From: Capsulimonadaceae bacterium
GTDB lineage: Bacteria > Armatimonadota > Armatimonadia > Armatimonadales > Capsulimonadaceae
Reading direction: 5' to 3'
NCBI GenBank assembly: GCA_965215505.1
Contig: OZ244065.1
Coordinates: 2,144,001-2,208,000, forward strand
DNA length: 64,000 nt
The notes under the pieces are model-generated. The model saw only the letters and a program-made list of their open reading frames with translations. It was not told where the DNA came from and ran no database searches. A program made the translations under genes and the position numbers. Positions 1 to 9,152 of the stretch are shown here, piece after piece; positions within the stretch are counted from its first letter, which is position 1; each line of letters opens with the position of its first letter.

Positions 1-1
1 G

Positions 2-589
2 CACGATCCCAAAGCCTTGGCGGAGGCGGAGCGGTCGGCGGACGCTGCGATCAAACACTGGCAGGACCCGGAGACGGGCCGAATCGAGAACGGCGCGAAC
101 TTTACGCACCTGCTCTGCGAGTCATTGATCCGGCTGTATGAGGTGGACCACAACGTCGCCTACCTGAACGCCGTCCGCCGCCACGCCGCCTACGGTGACC
201 GGTACGTCCACGATGCAGTCGGGGGCGGCTACTGGTCGGACTGGAAGGCGCGCGAACACAAGCCGGACGAGGCCAAGGAACTGCTCGAAAACGCTTCGGA
301 TGCCCGACTGCTCTGGCTGCTGGCGGCGTACCCTGACGGGGCTGCCCTGGCTGCCCGTGGCCTCCAGGCCGCCGAGAAGGGCAGGAGCGCGCAGGCGGAG
401 GGTTTCTACCGTCAGGCCGCCGACAGCGACACGGAAGATGTGGAGTCTCGCTACCGTCTGTGGAGAGTGCTACAGCGGGAGAAGAAGACGAGCGAGGCGG
501 CGGCGGAAGAGCAAGAGTTGACCAGTCTATCCCGCCGCGACGATCTGCGGAAGCGACTGGAAGCGATGGGGTGGCACAGCCCAGCATAG
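2..589 (+). CDS. C-terminal part of a putative GH76-like (alpha/alpha)6 glycoside hydrolase with C-terminal TPR-like helices (5' partial)
   Basis: Frame is open from the window start. Helical-barrel-like segments (HLLCESLIRLYEVD..YLNAV) are followed by TPR-like AQAEGFYRQAA..D.ESRYRL. Confidence 0.45.
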   Translation, partial: HDPKALAEAERSADAAIKHWQDPETGRIENGANFTHLLCESLIRLYEVDHNVAYLNAVRRHAAYGDRYVHDAVGGGYWSDWKAREHKPDEAKELLENASDARLLWLLAAYPDGAALAARGLQAAEKGRSAQAEGFYRQAADSDTEDVESRYRLWRVLQREKKTSEAAAEEQELTSLSRRDDLRKRLEAMGWHSPA

Positions 590-600
590 GGCTATGCCGA

Positions 601-746
601 GAGAGCCGAGTGGTTGAAAACCGCTCGCTAGGCCAAGGGTCCTTTGGACGGGACACGGGATTAGGACACAACCCGTCCGCGCGGGGTCATATCCTTTGTC
701 CGCAGGACACTTCTCCTAGCGAGCGGTTTTCAACCACTCGGCTCTC
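601..746. repeat. REP/REPIN-like doublet: perfect 32-bp inverted repeat with an 82-bp spacer
   Basis: 601-632 GAGAGCCGAGTGGTTGAAAACCGCTCGCTAGG is the exact reverse complement of 715-746. Each arm is itself a hairpin. It lies between convergent genes. Confidence 0.8.
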
Positions 747-754
747 GGCCCGTC

Positions 755-1738
755 TCAGTACGGCCCCCGGATGTTCTCCGCCACCCGTGCGCCGTAGAAC
801 TCCCGTAACTGCTGATGCAGCGATGCCGACAGCGGCGGCAGGTCGCTGGCGGCGGCGTTCGCCTCGGCCATCTGCGGGTTCTTCGCGCCGGGGATGATCG
901 CCGTCACCGCCTCAAAGTCCAGGCACCAGCGCAGGGCCATCTGCGCCATCGTCATGCCTTCCGGCACGAGAGGCTTCAGGGCGTCCGCAAGGTCCACGCC
1001 CATCTCGAAGGGCAGGCCGGCGAAGGTCTCGCCGACGTTGAACGCCTGTCCGTCCCGGTTGTAAGTGCGGTGGTCGGACGGCGCGAACTGCGTGTCCCGC
1101 TTGTACTTGCCCGAGAGCAAGCCGGAGGCGAGCGGCAGGCGGACGATGAGGGCGACCTGCGCCGCGCGGGCCTGGTCGAACAGCGTGTCAATTGGCTTCT
1201 GGCGGAAGATGTTAAAGATGATCTGGAGCGACGCCAGCCCCTCCTGCTTCAGACACGTCTCGGCCTCGTCCATGGACTCGACGCTGGCCCCAAAGCGCCG
1301 AATCTTGCCCTCCTGCTTCAGCTCGCGCAGCCACCCGAAGATCTCGCCATCCTCCAGAACCTCCGCCGGGATGCAGTGGAGCTGGGTCAGGTCCAATGCC
1401 TCGACGCCCAGGCGGCGCAGCGAAGCTTCGGTGTGGGAACGGACCGCCTCGCGTGTGAAGTTGGCCGCCCCGCCCGGATCGCCCGCGCGCCCCAGCTTGG
1501 TCGCCACGAAGAACGGCTCGGAGGTCTGGGCCAGGAACTTCCCGATCAGGGTCTCGCTGCGGCCCCCGCCATAGACATCCGCCGTGTCGAAGAAGGTCAC
1601 GCCCCGCCCCGCCGAGGCGCGCAGGATGGCTAACGCCTCGTCCTCACTGACCTCGCCCCAGTCGCCGCCGAACTGCCAGCAGCCCAGCCCCACCTCGGAC
1701 ACTTCCGCTTCGCCCCCGTTGAACACTCTGTTTTTCAT
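755..1738 (-). CDS. Aldo/keto reductase
   Basis: SEVGLGCWQFGG, FFDTADVYGGG.SE, VATK, SLRRLGVEALDLTQLH. Start placed at MKNRVF. Confidence 0.9.
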   Translation of the reverse strand: MKNRVFNGGEAEVSEVGLGCWQFGGDWGEVSEDEALAILRASAGRGVTFFDTADVYGGGRSETLIGKFLAQTSEPFFVATKLGRAGDPGGAANFTREAVRSHTEASLRRLGVEALDLTQLHCIPAEVLEDGEIFGWLRELKQEGKIRRFGASVESMDEAETCLKQEGLASLQIIFNIFRQKPIDTLFDQARAAQVALIVRLPLASGLLSGKYKRDTQFAPSDHRTYNRDGQAFNVGETFAGLPFEMGVDLADALKPLVPEGMTMAQMALRWCLDFEAVTAIIPGAKNPQMAEANAAASDLPPLSASLHQQLREFYGARVAENIRGPY

Positions 1739-1824
1739 AGGCCCTCTATACCCAAAACAGGCGCGGCGTGGTATAGTGAGGGCCGCGAATAAGACTTCAA
1801 CAGCGAACTTCAAGGGAGAACGGA

Positions 1825-2802
1825 ATGGAATACCGGCCACTGGGCACGAGCGACGTGAAGGTTTCGGAGATCAGCTTCGGCTGCTGGACCATGGGCGGCC
1901 TGAACTGGGTCAACGGCAATCCTAACGGGTGGGCGAACGTGGATGAGGACGAGATCACGGCCGGCATCAAGACCGCCATTGACGCGGGCGTCAACCACTT
2001 CGACAACGCCGACGTTTACGGCAACGGCCGGGCCGAGCGGATGCTGGCGCGCGTCTTCGACAAGCTGGGCGTGAAGTCCGAGGACTTCGTTATCGCCACC
2101 AAAATCGGCCACTTCCCCGGCACCGCCGATCACGCCTACGAGTCGGCGCACATCCGCCACCAGTGCGAGCAGTCCCTGCTCAACCTGAAGCGGGACTACA
2201 TTGACCTCTACTACTTCCACCACGGTGACTTCGGCCCGGACGCCCGCCTGCTCCCCGAAGCCGCCGCGACGATGGACGCCCTGGTCGCCGAGGGCAAGGT
2301 GCGCGTCAAGGGCCAGTCCGCCTACTCCGCCGACGACTTCGAGCGCGCCGTGCCCATCGTCAAGCCTCAAGTGCTGCAAAGCTGGGCGCACGCCCTCGAT
2401 GACCAGTTCGTCCGCCCCGGCTCGCGCGTCGCGAACCTCATGGAGCAGCACGGCCTCACCTTCGTCGCCTTCAGCCCGCTGGCCCAGGCCCGCCTGCTGG
2501 ACAAGTACGACCCCGCCAGCCCGCCCGCCTTCGAGCCGGGCGACCACCGGCGCGGCAGTGATGCGTTCGGCGCGAAGGCCATCGCTGCTCTGAAGCCCAA
2601 GCTCGGCAGGCTGAAGGCGCGCTTTGGGGACACCACGGAGGACCTCGCCGCCGTCGCCCTGAACTACATCCTCGCTCAGCCCCGCGTCGCCTGCGTCATC
2701 CCCGGATTCCGCAACGAGCGCCAGGCCCGCTGCAACCTCGCCGGCGTGGGCAGGGAATTGACCGCAGACGACCTGCACTTCATCCAGGAGACGCTGGCTT
2801 AA
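1825..2802 (+). CDS. Aldo/keto reductase
   Basis: VSEISFGCW, HFDNADVYGNG.AE, IATK, SLLNLKRDYIDLYYFH. Confidence 0.9.
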   Translation: MEYRPLGTSDVKVSEISFGCWTMGGLNWVNGNPNGWANVDEDEITAGIKTAIDAGVNHFDNADVYGNGRAERMLARVFDKLGVKSEDFVIATKIGHFPGTADHAYESAHIRHQCEQSLLNLKRDYIDLYYFHHGDFGPDARLLPEAAATMDALVAEGKVRVKGQSAYSADDFERAVPIVKPQVLQSWAHALDDQFVRPGSRVANLMEQHGLTFVAFSPLAQARLLDKYDPASPPAFEPGDHRRGSDAFGAKAIAALKPKLGRLKARFGDTTEDLAAVALNYILAQPRVACVIPGFRNERQARCNLAGVGRELTADDLHFIQETLA

Positions 2803-2857
2803 CCCCGCCGCTGAGGGCCGGGCCTTGCGGCCCGGCCCGAACATTTTCCTCCCCCTG

Positions 2858-2887
2858 TTGACAAACCCCTGTGGATGGGGGTAAGAT
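2858..2887 (+). promoter_or_regulatory. Putative sigma70 promoter of tRNA-Val
   Basis: TTGACA-N18-TAAGAT about 45 bp upstream of the tRNA. Confidence 0.55.
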
Positions 2888-2930
2888 TGCTGCACTCCGT
2901 TCCCCGCCCTGGGGGACTACCACGCAAGAT

Positions 2931-3002
2931 GGACAGTTGGCGCAGTGGTAGCGCACTTCGTTGACATCGAAGGGGTCACAAGTTCGAATCTTGTACTGTC
3001 CA
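2931..3002 (+). tRNA. trnV: tRNA-Val (anticodon GAC), 3' CCA not encoded
   Basis: Acceptor stem GGACAGT/ACTGTCC plus discriminator A, D-arm GCGC-AGTGGTA-GCGC, anticodon loop TTGACAT, T-loop GTTCGAATC. Confidence 0.95.
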
Positions 3003-3093
3003 CTTTTTTCAGAGCGATTTAGCGATTCCACTCTGAGAAACAGCACTTCGTTTCGGTTTCCCTCTGCTCCCTCTCACCCAAAAAGAGGGAAAA

Positions 3094-4101
3094 ATGCAGA
3101 AAACAGCACATAGTTCCGGACTTAGTTCCGGCCATCCCGACGTCAGCCTCAGCGTGGACGAACTGTCCTTCCACGCCGACGGCTGGCTCCTGGACTGCCA
3201 GGTCGGGCAGCACTCCAAGAACACGCTCTCGATCCGACGGTTCCTCGCCGATAAGCTTCTCTGGTTCCTCAATCAGCGAGGCCTCACGCGGTGCGGCAAG
3301 GCCGAACTCCGGCAGTTCTTTGCCTACGTCACGACCGGGCACGAAGCCGAGGGCGGCCGCTGGGGCAACCCGGCGATGCGCCGACCCGTCAGCAAGCGGA
3401 CCGTCAACACCTACTACGGCCACCTGAACACACTGTTCCGGTGGATTGTTGCCGAGGGTGGCCTTCCCTCCTCCCCGATGGACACCATCGCAGTCCCGAT
3501 CTCCCGCGCCGACCAGATCAATCCCTTCAGCGACGCCCAGATCGAGGCGCTCCTCTCCGCCGCCAAGCGGTCGCAGCACCCCCGGCGCGACGAAGCCCTT
3601 CTTCTTCTCTTGTTCGACACCGGCCTGCGTGCCAGCGAAGTCTGCGGCCTGCGGCTTTCCGACATCGACCTGCAGGCCAAGCGTTGCCGCGTCCTGGGAA
3701 AGGGCGACAAGCACAGGAGCCTCCCGTTTGGGGGTACGACGGCCAAAGCTCTGTGGAAGTATCTTGCTGAGGAGCCGCGCGAGCCGTCGGCGCCCGTTTT
3801 CCTTTCGGACCGCGGCCCCCGCGCGGGCGAGCCCCTGACCCGGTGGGGCGTGCGCCAGATCGTGGAACGGCTCGGCAAGGCGTCACGGATCGAGTCAGTC
3901 CGGTGTTCACCCCACACTTTCCGGCACACGTTCGCTGTCTCCTTTTTGAGGAACGGCGGGAACGTGTTCACGCTCCAGGAGCTGCTGGGCCATACGGACC
4001 TGAAGATGACCAACAGGTATGTCAAACTGGCTCAGGCAGACATCGAAAACCAGCACCGCCAATTCAGCCCGGTCGAAAACCTGAAAGGTAAGCGCAGGTA
4101 A
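3094..4101 (+). CDS. Tyrosine recombinase/integrase
   Basis: Catalytic set present: DTGLRASE (R), GKGDK (K), HTFRH, LGH, RY. Confidence 0.95.
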   Translation: MQKTAHSSGLSSGHPDVSLSVDELSFHADGWLLDCQVGQHSKNTLSIRRFLADKLLWFLNQRGLTRCGKAELRQFFAYVTTGHEAEGGRWGNPAMRRPVSKRTVNTYYGHLNTLFRWIVAEGGLPSSPMDTIAVPISRADQINPFSDAQIEALLSAAKRSQHPRRDEALLLLLFDTGLRASEVCGLRLSDIDLQAKRCRVLGKGDKHRSLPFGGTTAKALWKYLAEEPREPSAPVFLSDRGPRAGEPLTRWGVRQIVERLGKASRIESVRCSPHTFRHTFAVSFLRNGGNVFTLQELLGHTDLKMTNRYVKLAQADIENQHRQFSPVENLKGKRR

Positions 4102-4106
4102 ACACC

Positions 4107-5279
4107 ATGAGCCATCAAAAGGCTAGGAAACAACTGCTGCAAGTATCCCGCGACTTCGAAGCGAGGTGGCGTGAACTGCGCGACCTGCTCCAGGGCGAGG
4201 CCGAGTTCCTGTCTCGCTTTGACAGCGCCATCCACATGCAGGGGACGTGTGAGTATATGGAAGCAGAGTTGGAGCGGACTTTCGACAGTCAAAGAGTTGT
4301 CCTCTCTCAAGTGACTAACGAGTGGTTTTCTGCGAGCGACAAACTGGCGGAAGCCTCCGACGACCCAGACCTAAGCCGAAGGCTGCGCAGGGAATGTAGA
4401 GATGCCAGAGATGCCTACATGCAAACAAATGTCGAACTGAGTATCACCTATTACTGGCGGCTCGTGTATGTAGATGTCTGCGAGAGAGCTACCAAGATAG
4501 GCTGGGATCACAGACAGGCTTCGAGACTTTTTCAGGGGGCAATAAGAGATAATATGCGCCTGTGGGGACCTGTTGCTTATATGCAAGCTTTGTGTTCAGG
4601 CAAAGACGCTGCGGCCATGGCAGCACTTGTAGGCAGCCACACCGCAAGGACGAAGATTTTCGCGCGTTACAGGAGAACATTGGATTTACTGGTCAAAGAA
4701 CAATACTCTGCCGAGGATGGGTTTGACCCAGCGACTGCCCATGCCCAAGCAAAGTACGATATTGTCCTTGAGACCATTCTTGACGATCTCGGCAACTGGG
4801 CATTCAAGGGTCAGGAACAAGAGGTCGGGGACCAGCCCATGATCAGCCTCGATGAAAAGCACTGGCCGGATTGGGACCGCATTCCGGGCGTTGCTATGAA
4901 GAGAGTGGATCAGGAAGGCAAGAGGCGGGCGATAGAACAGGTCAGCTCGGATCTCGTTATACAGGTGGCAGACGGTTTAGCCGGAACTACCATCAAAACC
5001 GCATCTCACGCACTTGATCCAGAGCAGATTTTGCTACTTACGGAGGAGCTGAACGAGAATTCAGCTCTTCTGCATCGTTTCGGTGAGGCAATTGACATGC
5101 TCCCACAACGAGATCGTGAAATTATTGATCTACATCTCAAGGGTTTGAGCCGCCGGAAGATTGCCCATGCGATCGGTATGCCGGAGGGAACGACAAGAAC
5201 GCACCTCGACCGAAGCCTCGACAAGATTGCACGCGCATTGACCGGCCAGCCTCGGCAAAAAAATAAGAAAATAATTTAA
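4107..5279 (+). CDS. Protein with C-terminal sigma-70 region 4 HTH and an unrecognised N-terminus
   Basis: C-terminal AIDMLPQRDREIIDLHLKGLSRRKIAHAIGMPEGTTRTHLDRSLDKI matches an ECF region-4 pattern. Confidence 0.7.
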   Translation: MSHQKARKQLLQVSRDFEARWRELRDLLQGEAEFLSRFDSAIHMQGTCEYMEAELERTFDSQRVVLSQVTNEWFSASDKLAEASDDPDLSRRLRRECRDARDAYMQTNVELSITYYWRLVYVDVCERATKIGWDHRQASRLFQGAIRDNMRLWGPVAYMQALCSGKDAAAMAALVGSHTARTKIFARYRRTLDLLVKEQYSAEDGFDPATAHAQAKYDIVLETILDDLGNWAFKGQEQEVGDQPMISLDEKHWPDWDRIPGVAMKRVDQEGKRRAIEQVSSDLVIQVADGLAGTTIKTASHALDPEQILLLTEELNENSALLHRFGEAIDMLPQRDREIIDLHLKGLSRRKIAHAIGMPEGTTRTHLDRSLDKIARALTGQPRQKNKKII

Positions 5280-5346
5280 AATTTCGTTTTTGGACTGTAG
5301 CCCAGAAATGCCTCCCACTGCAAAACAAAGTGAGGAGGCATTTCTT

Positions 5347-5577
5347 ATGACCAAAACTACTAGCTTTATCGCACTGTACCATGGCCAAGTCGAAAGTCAA
5401 GCCAAAATTGTTGGTGTATCCGTCGAGCCGGATGTCGTGGCTTTCGTTGCCATGCGTCTTCTGCAGGATCCCCGCTACCAGAAATTGTCTGAAGGCGACC
5501 CCGTCCTGGAAGCACTCAAAAACGGCCGTCGGGAGGCCCTCCGGCTGATTGAGACAAGAGGCGCCGATGAAATCTGA
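5347..5577 (+). CDS. Small hypothetical protein
   Basis: GAGGAGG RBS upstream of the ATG. Overlaps the next gene. Confidence 0.55.
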   Translation: MTKTTSFIALYHGQVESQAKIVGVSVEPDVVAFVAMRLLQDPRYQKLSEGDPVLEALKNGRREALRLIETRGADEI

Positions 5578-5830
5578 GGCAGGCCTGGCGCGTGAACGCG
5601 CCGGGCTGAGCCTGGAACAGGCGGCGCGCCGCGCACGCATCGGGCCTGCCTATCTACGCAACATCGAATGCCAGGGCGGAGCCGGCTATTACCTGGCCCA
5701 GCGCCTGAGCGCCGTTTACCAATGTCGAATTGAGATCTTCTTATACGGGCCTATGCCTGCCGGTTCGGGGGGCAGAGGGATCGATCGGAGTGCGCTACAA
5801 CGGAATCGCTGCCATCGTAAGCGCTCGTAA
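5567..5830 (+). CDS. XRE/Cro-type helix-turn-helix protein
   Basis: ARERAGLSLEQAARRARIGPAYLRNIE pattern. Confidence 0.75.
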   Translation: MKSEAGLARERAGLSLEQAARRARIGPAYLRNIECQGGAGYYLAQRLSAVYQCRIEIFLYGPMPAGSGGRGIDRSALQRNRCHRKRS

Positions 5831-6166
5831 AACTGACACGACATGCCTGTCGAAACACGACAGGATTAACGGATTTACCTATCGCACAGAACGGCCCCGC
5901 GCTGGGAACGCGGGGCCGACGGCTCAACACAGAAAGGGTTGAAGAGATACTACCACATTTTACCACATTCCCCGACGGTCAGCAACCGACCGCAACCCGT
6001 TTCTACACGCGCCCGTCGGTGACGGCCAGTGGCACGCCCGACTACGGCTGACAGGAATCCAGTTTGATAGGAAAGACGCGGCTGCGCCGGTGGCCCATGG
6101 CGTCTCTCCATGCCCGTGGCCTCGCCTGTGCGCTCGTCTGTTCACACCACACCAGAGGAGAAAATT

Positions 6167-8521
6167 ATGAGTGATGGCCTTCTGCCACACCACCGGGAAA
6201 TGATCCGTCAATGTTCCGCCATCGCCGACGACGTCATAGAGGCTCGTGGTTATCGATCGGTTACCGCAAAGCCCGACATGGCGGACCTCGGATTTTCGCG
6301 CCCGCAGTCGCTCGTGCCGACTCTCGTCATTCCCATATGGAACATCCACGGGGAGGTCGCCTTTCATCACCACAGGCCGGACGAACCGCGCCGGAGGAAC
6401 GGGAAACCCGTTAAGTATGAGTTCCCGCGCGGCATAAAGATGGTAGTGGACGTCCACCCGTTCGTACGCGAGGCCGTGCGTAACCCGGCAATCCCGCTCT
6501 TCGTTACGGAGGGCGTCAAGAAGGCGGATGCCGCAATCAGCTCCGGTGTCTGCTGTATCGCCTTGCTGGGCGTCTGGAACTGGCGCGGCACGAATGAACA
6601 CGGCGGCAGGACCACACTCCCCGACTGGGACGGGATCGCACTGAAAGGCCGCATCGTCTACGTGGTCTTCGACTCCGACGCGGCTTCCAACCGGTCCGTC
6701 CAGACGGCTATGATACGCCTGAAAGAGTTTCTTGACTCAAGGGGCGCTCAGACAAAGATCATTTCTTTGCCTCCGTGCGCGGACGGGAGCAAGGTCGGCC
6801 TCGACGACTATCTGGCCTCCGGAAAAAGCCTTGACGTTCTTCTTGAGAGCGTCGCGAGTGATCGCACACTCCCGGAGAACAGGCATGGCCCAGAAGGAGG
6901 CAAACTCTCGGCAGCGCAGAGACTGATCCAGATCGGTATGCAGGCTGAGTTATTCCCCTCAGATCGTGATGAACCCTTTTGCCGATTCCGAGATGACGGC
7001 AAGGAGCAGACCTGGCCGGTGCGTTCGTCCGCGTTCCGGGGCTGGCTCACGCTGACGTATTACAAGGAGTCGGGCAAGTCGCCGTCCTCACAGACACTGG
7101 AGGAAGCGCTGCGCCTCCTGGAAGCGAAGGCCCTCTTCGAGGGCAGATGCCATCCCCTCGCAGTGCGCATGGCCCGAGGCGAAAACGGGATCTGGATGGA
7201 CCTCGCAGACAGCCAGTGGCGCACGGTCCATATCGGCCCACACGGATGGCAGGTTGTTCCCACGGCTATCCCGATGTTCCGACGATACGCAGTCCAGGCC
7301 GCCAGCGTAGAGCCAACGCAGGGTGGCCAGATCGAGATGCTGCGTCAGTACGTCCGAGTACGGGACGAACAAGCTTGGCGGCAACTGGTGGCGTGGCTCG
7401 TCGCCTGCTTCTTTCCCGACATCGCACACCCGGTCCTAGTGGTCCACGGGGAGCAAGGAAGCGCGAAAAGCAGCCTGATGCGACTGCTCAGTTTACTGGT
7501 GGATCCGTCGAGAGTGCCTCTACGGTCCGAGCCGCGCGAGTTGTGTGACTGGATCCTGGCTGCCGACCATTCCTGGCTTATTACACTCGACAACGTGTCA
7601 AACCTGCCCGGATGGTTATCCGACGCCATCTGCCGGGCAGTCACGGGCGAAGGGTTCGTCAAGCGCCAGTTGTATACGGACGCCGACGATATTATCGTGT
7701 CATTCCGGCGGGTTGTGGCTTTGACGGGCATTGGGGTCGTGGCCGAGCGGGCGGATCTGCTCGACCGCTCCATCCTGATGTGTCTGGAGCCGCTAACACC
7801 TGAAAACAGGCTCTCGGAAGAAGAACTGCTGGCCTCGTTCGAGGCGAACCGATCTGCCATTCTGGGTGCCCTCCTGACGGCGGTTTCCGGTGTTTTGACG
7901 CAGTTGCCACACGTCCACGTCGACAGGCTTCCTCGCATGGCGGACTTCGCTCGGATTGGCGTCGCGGTCGAACATGTTCTCGGATGGCCTCAGGGATCGT
8001 TCCTCCACGCCTACTCAGGCAATATTGCTGAGCAGAATGACGAAGCCCTATCGGCGTCACCTGTGGGTGAGACCATTATGGATTTCCTCTCCAGTCACCC
8101 GGGCGGGTGGTCCGGGACCGCCCAAGACCTGCTGAGAGCCTTGGAAGACCGGTACGGTGAAAAAGTGACCAAAAGGCAGGGGTGGCCTCGGGTACCCAGG
8201 AGTCTCGGTAACCAGTTACGCCGCATTGCACCGAATCTACGTTCCATCGGCTTTGACGTCGCCTTTGACAAGAACCATGGTGGTCGCATGATCACGTTTT
8301 GCAGACGACGGCGGGAAAACAGCGCCCCCAGCGCCGCATCGTCACGTTCCCATCAGCCCGGGAACCAAGGCGCGGCTGAAAACTCACCAGGCGCGGCCGG
8401 AGATGCCGATAGGGTGACGCAAAATGCTGGCGGCGCAGCCCAATACCAGCGGCGCGGCGAAGGTGACGCAAGTTCTCGGCCGGATTCTGGTGAATCGAGC
8501 GATCAGGAGATTCGAATATGA
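6167..8521 (+). CDS. DUF3854/TOPRIM-like primase fused to a P-loop helicase-like ATPase (replication protein)
   Basis: RPDEPR..KYEFP, FVTEGVKKADA, VVFDSD, KVGLDDYL; Walker A HGEQGSAKS; LITLDNVS. GAGGAG RBS. Confidence 0.8.
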   Translation: MSDGLLPHHREMIRQCSAIADDVIEARGYRSVTAKPDMADLGFSRPQSLVPTLVIPIWNIHGEVAFHHHRPDEPRRRNGKPVKYEFPRGIKMVVDVHPFVREAVRNPAIPLFVTEGVKKADAAISSGVCCIALLGVWNWRGTNEHGGRTTLPDWDGIALKGRIVYVVFDSDAASNRSVQTAMIRLKEFLDSRGAQTKIISLPPCADGSKVGLDDYLASGKSLDVLLESVASDRTLPENRHGPEGGKLSAAQRLIQIGMQAELFPSDRDEPFCRFRDDGKEQTWPVRSSAFRGWLTLTYYKESGKSPSSQTLEEALRLLEAKALFEGRCHPLAVRMARGENGIWMDLADSQWRTVHIGPHGWQVVPTAIPMFRRYAVQAASVEPTQGGQIEMLRQYVRVRDEQAWRQLVAWLVACFFPDIAHPVLVVHGEQGSAKSSLMRLLSLLVDPSRVPLRSEPRELCDWILAADHSWLITLDNVSNLPGWLSDAICRAVTGEGFVKRQLYTDADDIIVSFRRVVALTGIGVVAERADLLDRSILMCLEPLTPENRLSEEELLASFEANRSAILGALLTAVSGVLTQLPHVHVDRLPRMADFARIGVAVEHVLGWPQGSFLHAYSGNIAEQNDEALSASPVGETIMDFLSSHPGGWSGTAQDLLRALEDRYGEKVTKRQGWPRVPRSLGNQLRRIAPNLRSIGFDVAFDKNHGGRMITFCRRRRENSAPSAASSRSHQPGNQGAAENSPGAAGDADRVTQNAGGAAQYQRRGEGDASSRPDSGESSDQEIRI

Positions 8522-8985
8522 CATATCGAGGAGTGGCCGGAACCGAGAATACGGCTATCTCCTTGCTCTATGAACTAGCCGATCTAGGCATCACAGCTTC
8601 GTGGGATTCCTCAAACGAACAGCTTATACTGAAAGGGCGGATCCAGGAGTTGACAAGTGAAATGAGGGAACTCCTGGCAAGGGAAAAGCCGCAACTAGCG
8701 CTTCATCTGACCCGGCAGGAAAGTCCAATACAAGCGAACCAGTCTCACAGACTATGGGAAGCGTTGCGTGCCCGAGGTCGGGTACGAATCAATTCAGAGG
8801 TCCTCGGCGAAGTCGTGTATTTTGCCCGAGACGATGTTCTTCTAATGACCGACGAGCAGGGGCTCTGTGATGGGTGCGTCGTTTACCGTACACACGAACT
8901 GGAACTGGTTCGGGATGTAAGTCCTTCACACTTGAAGCTTATTCACATGGTGAAGAAAATCTTCGGCGGTGAGTTGATCCCCTAG
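8518..8985 (+). CDS. Hypothetical protein with TubC-N-like N-terminal domain
   Basis: ATGA overlap with the primase gene. LLYELADLGI...LTSEMRELLAREKPQLALHL resembles the small domain often encoded after satellite primases. Confidence 0.5.
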   Translation: MTYRGVAGTENTAISLLYELADLGITASWDSSNEQLILKGRIQELTSEMRELLAREKPQLALHLTRQESPIQANQSHRLWEALRARGRVRINSEVLGEVVYFARDDVLLMTDEQGLCDGCVVYRTHELELVRDVSPSHLKLIHMVKKIFGGELIP

Positions 8986-9152
8986 GACAAGCGACGTCCC
9001 GTTGATCAGGGCTACGCCACAATCGTGGCTCCTGCATGAGTTGGATCTGGCCTCTGGGCGCAATACTGGTGGCTGGCACGTCTGGGTATCCGGACACCCC
9101 GTGCTGAAGCAATCCTACTGGAACAGAGGGTGCAGTGGACGTCGGAGGGCAT

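Larger units (their letters stand above)
3003..8985 (+). mobile_element. tRNA-adjacent phage-satellite/PICI-like integrative module (right end not defined)
   Basis: Gene order is integrase, regulator, small ORF, HTH, primase-helicase, small ORF, directly after a tRNA. No virion or conjugation genes seen. Confidence 0.6.

Noticed and set aside
1810-2895. Long antisense ORFs here and elsewhere (e.g. 13810-15312, 55938-57275)
   Set aside because: Shadow frames of high-GC genes that have clear motifs on the opposite strand.
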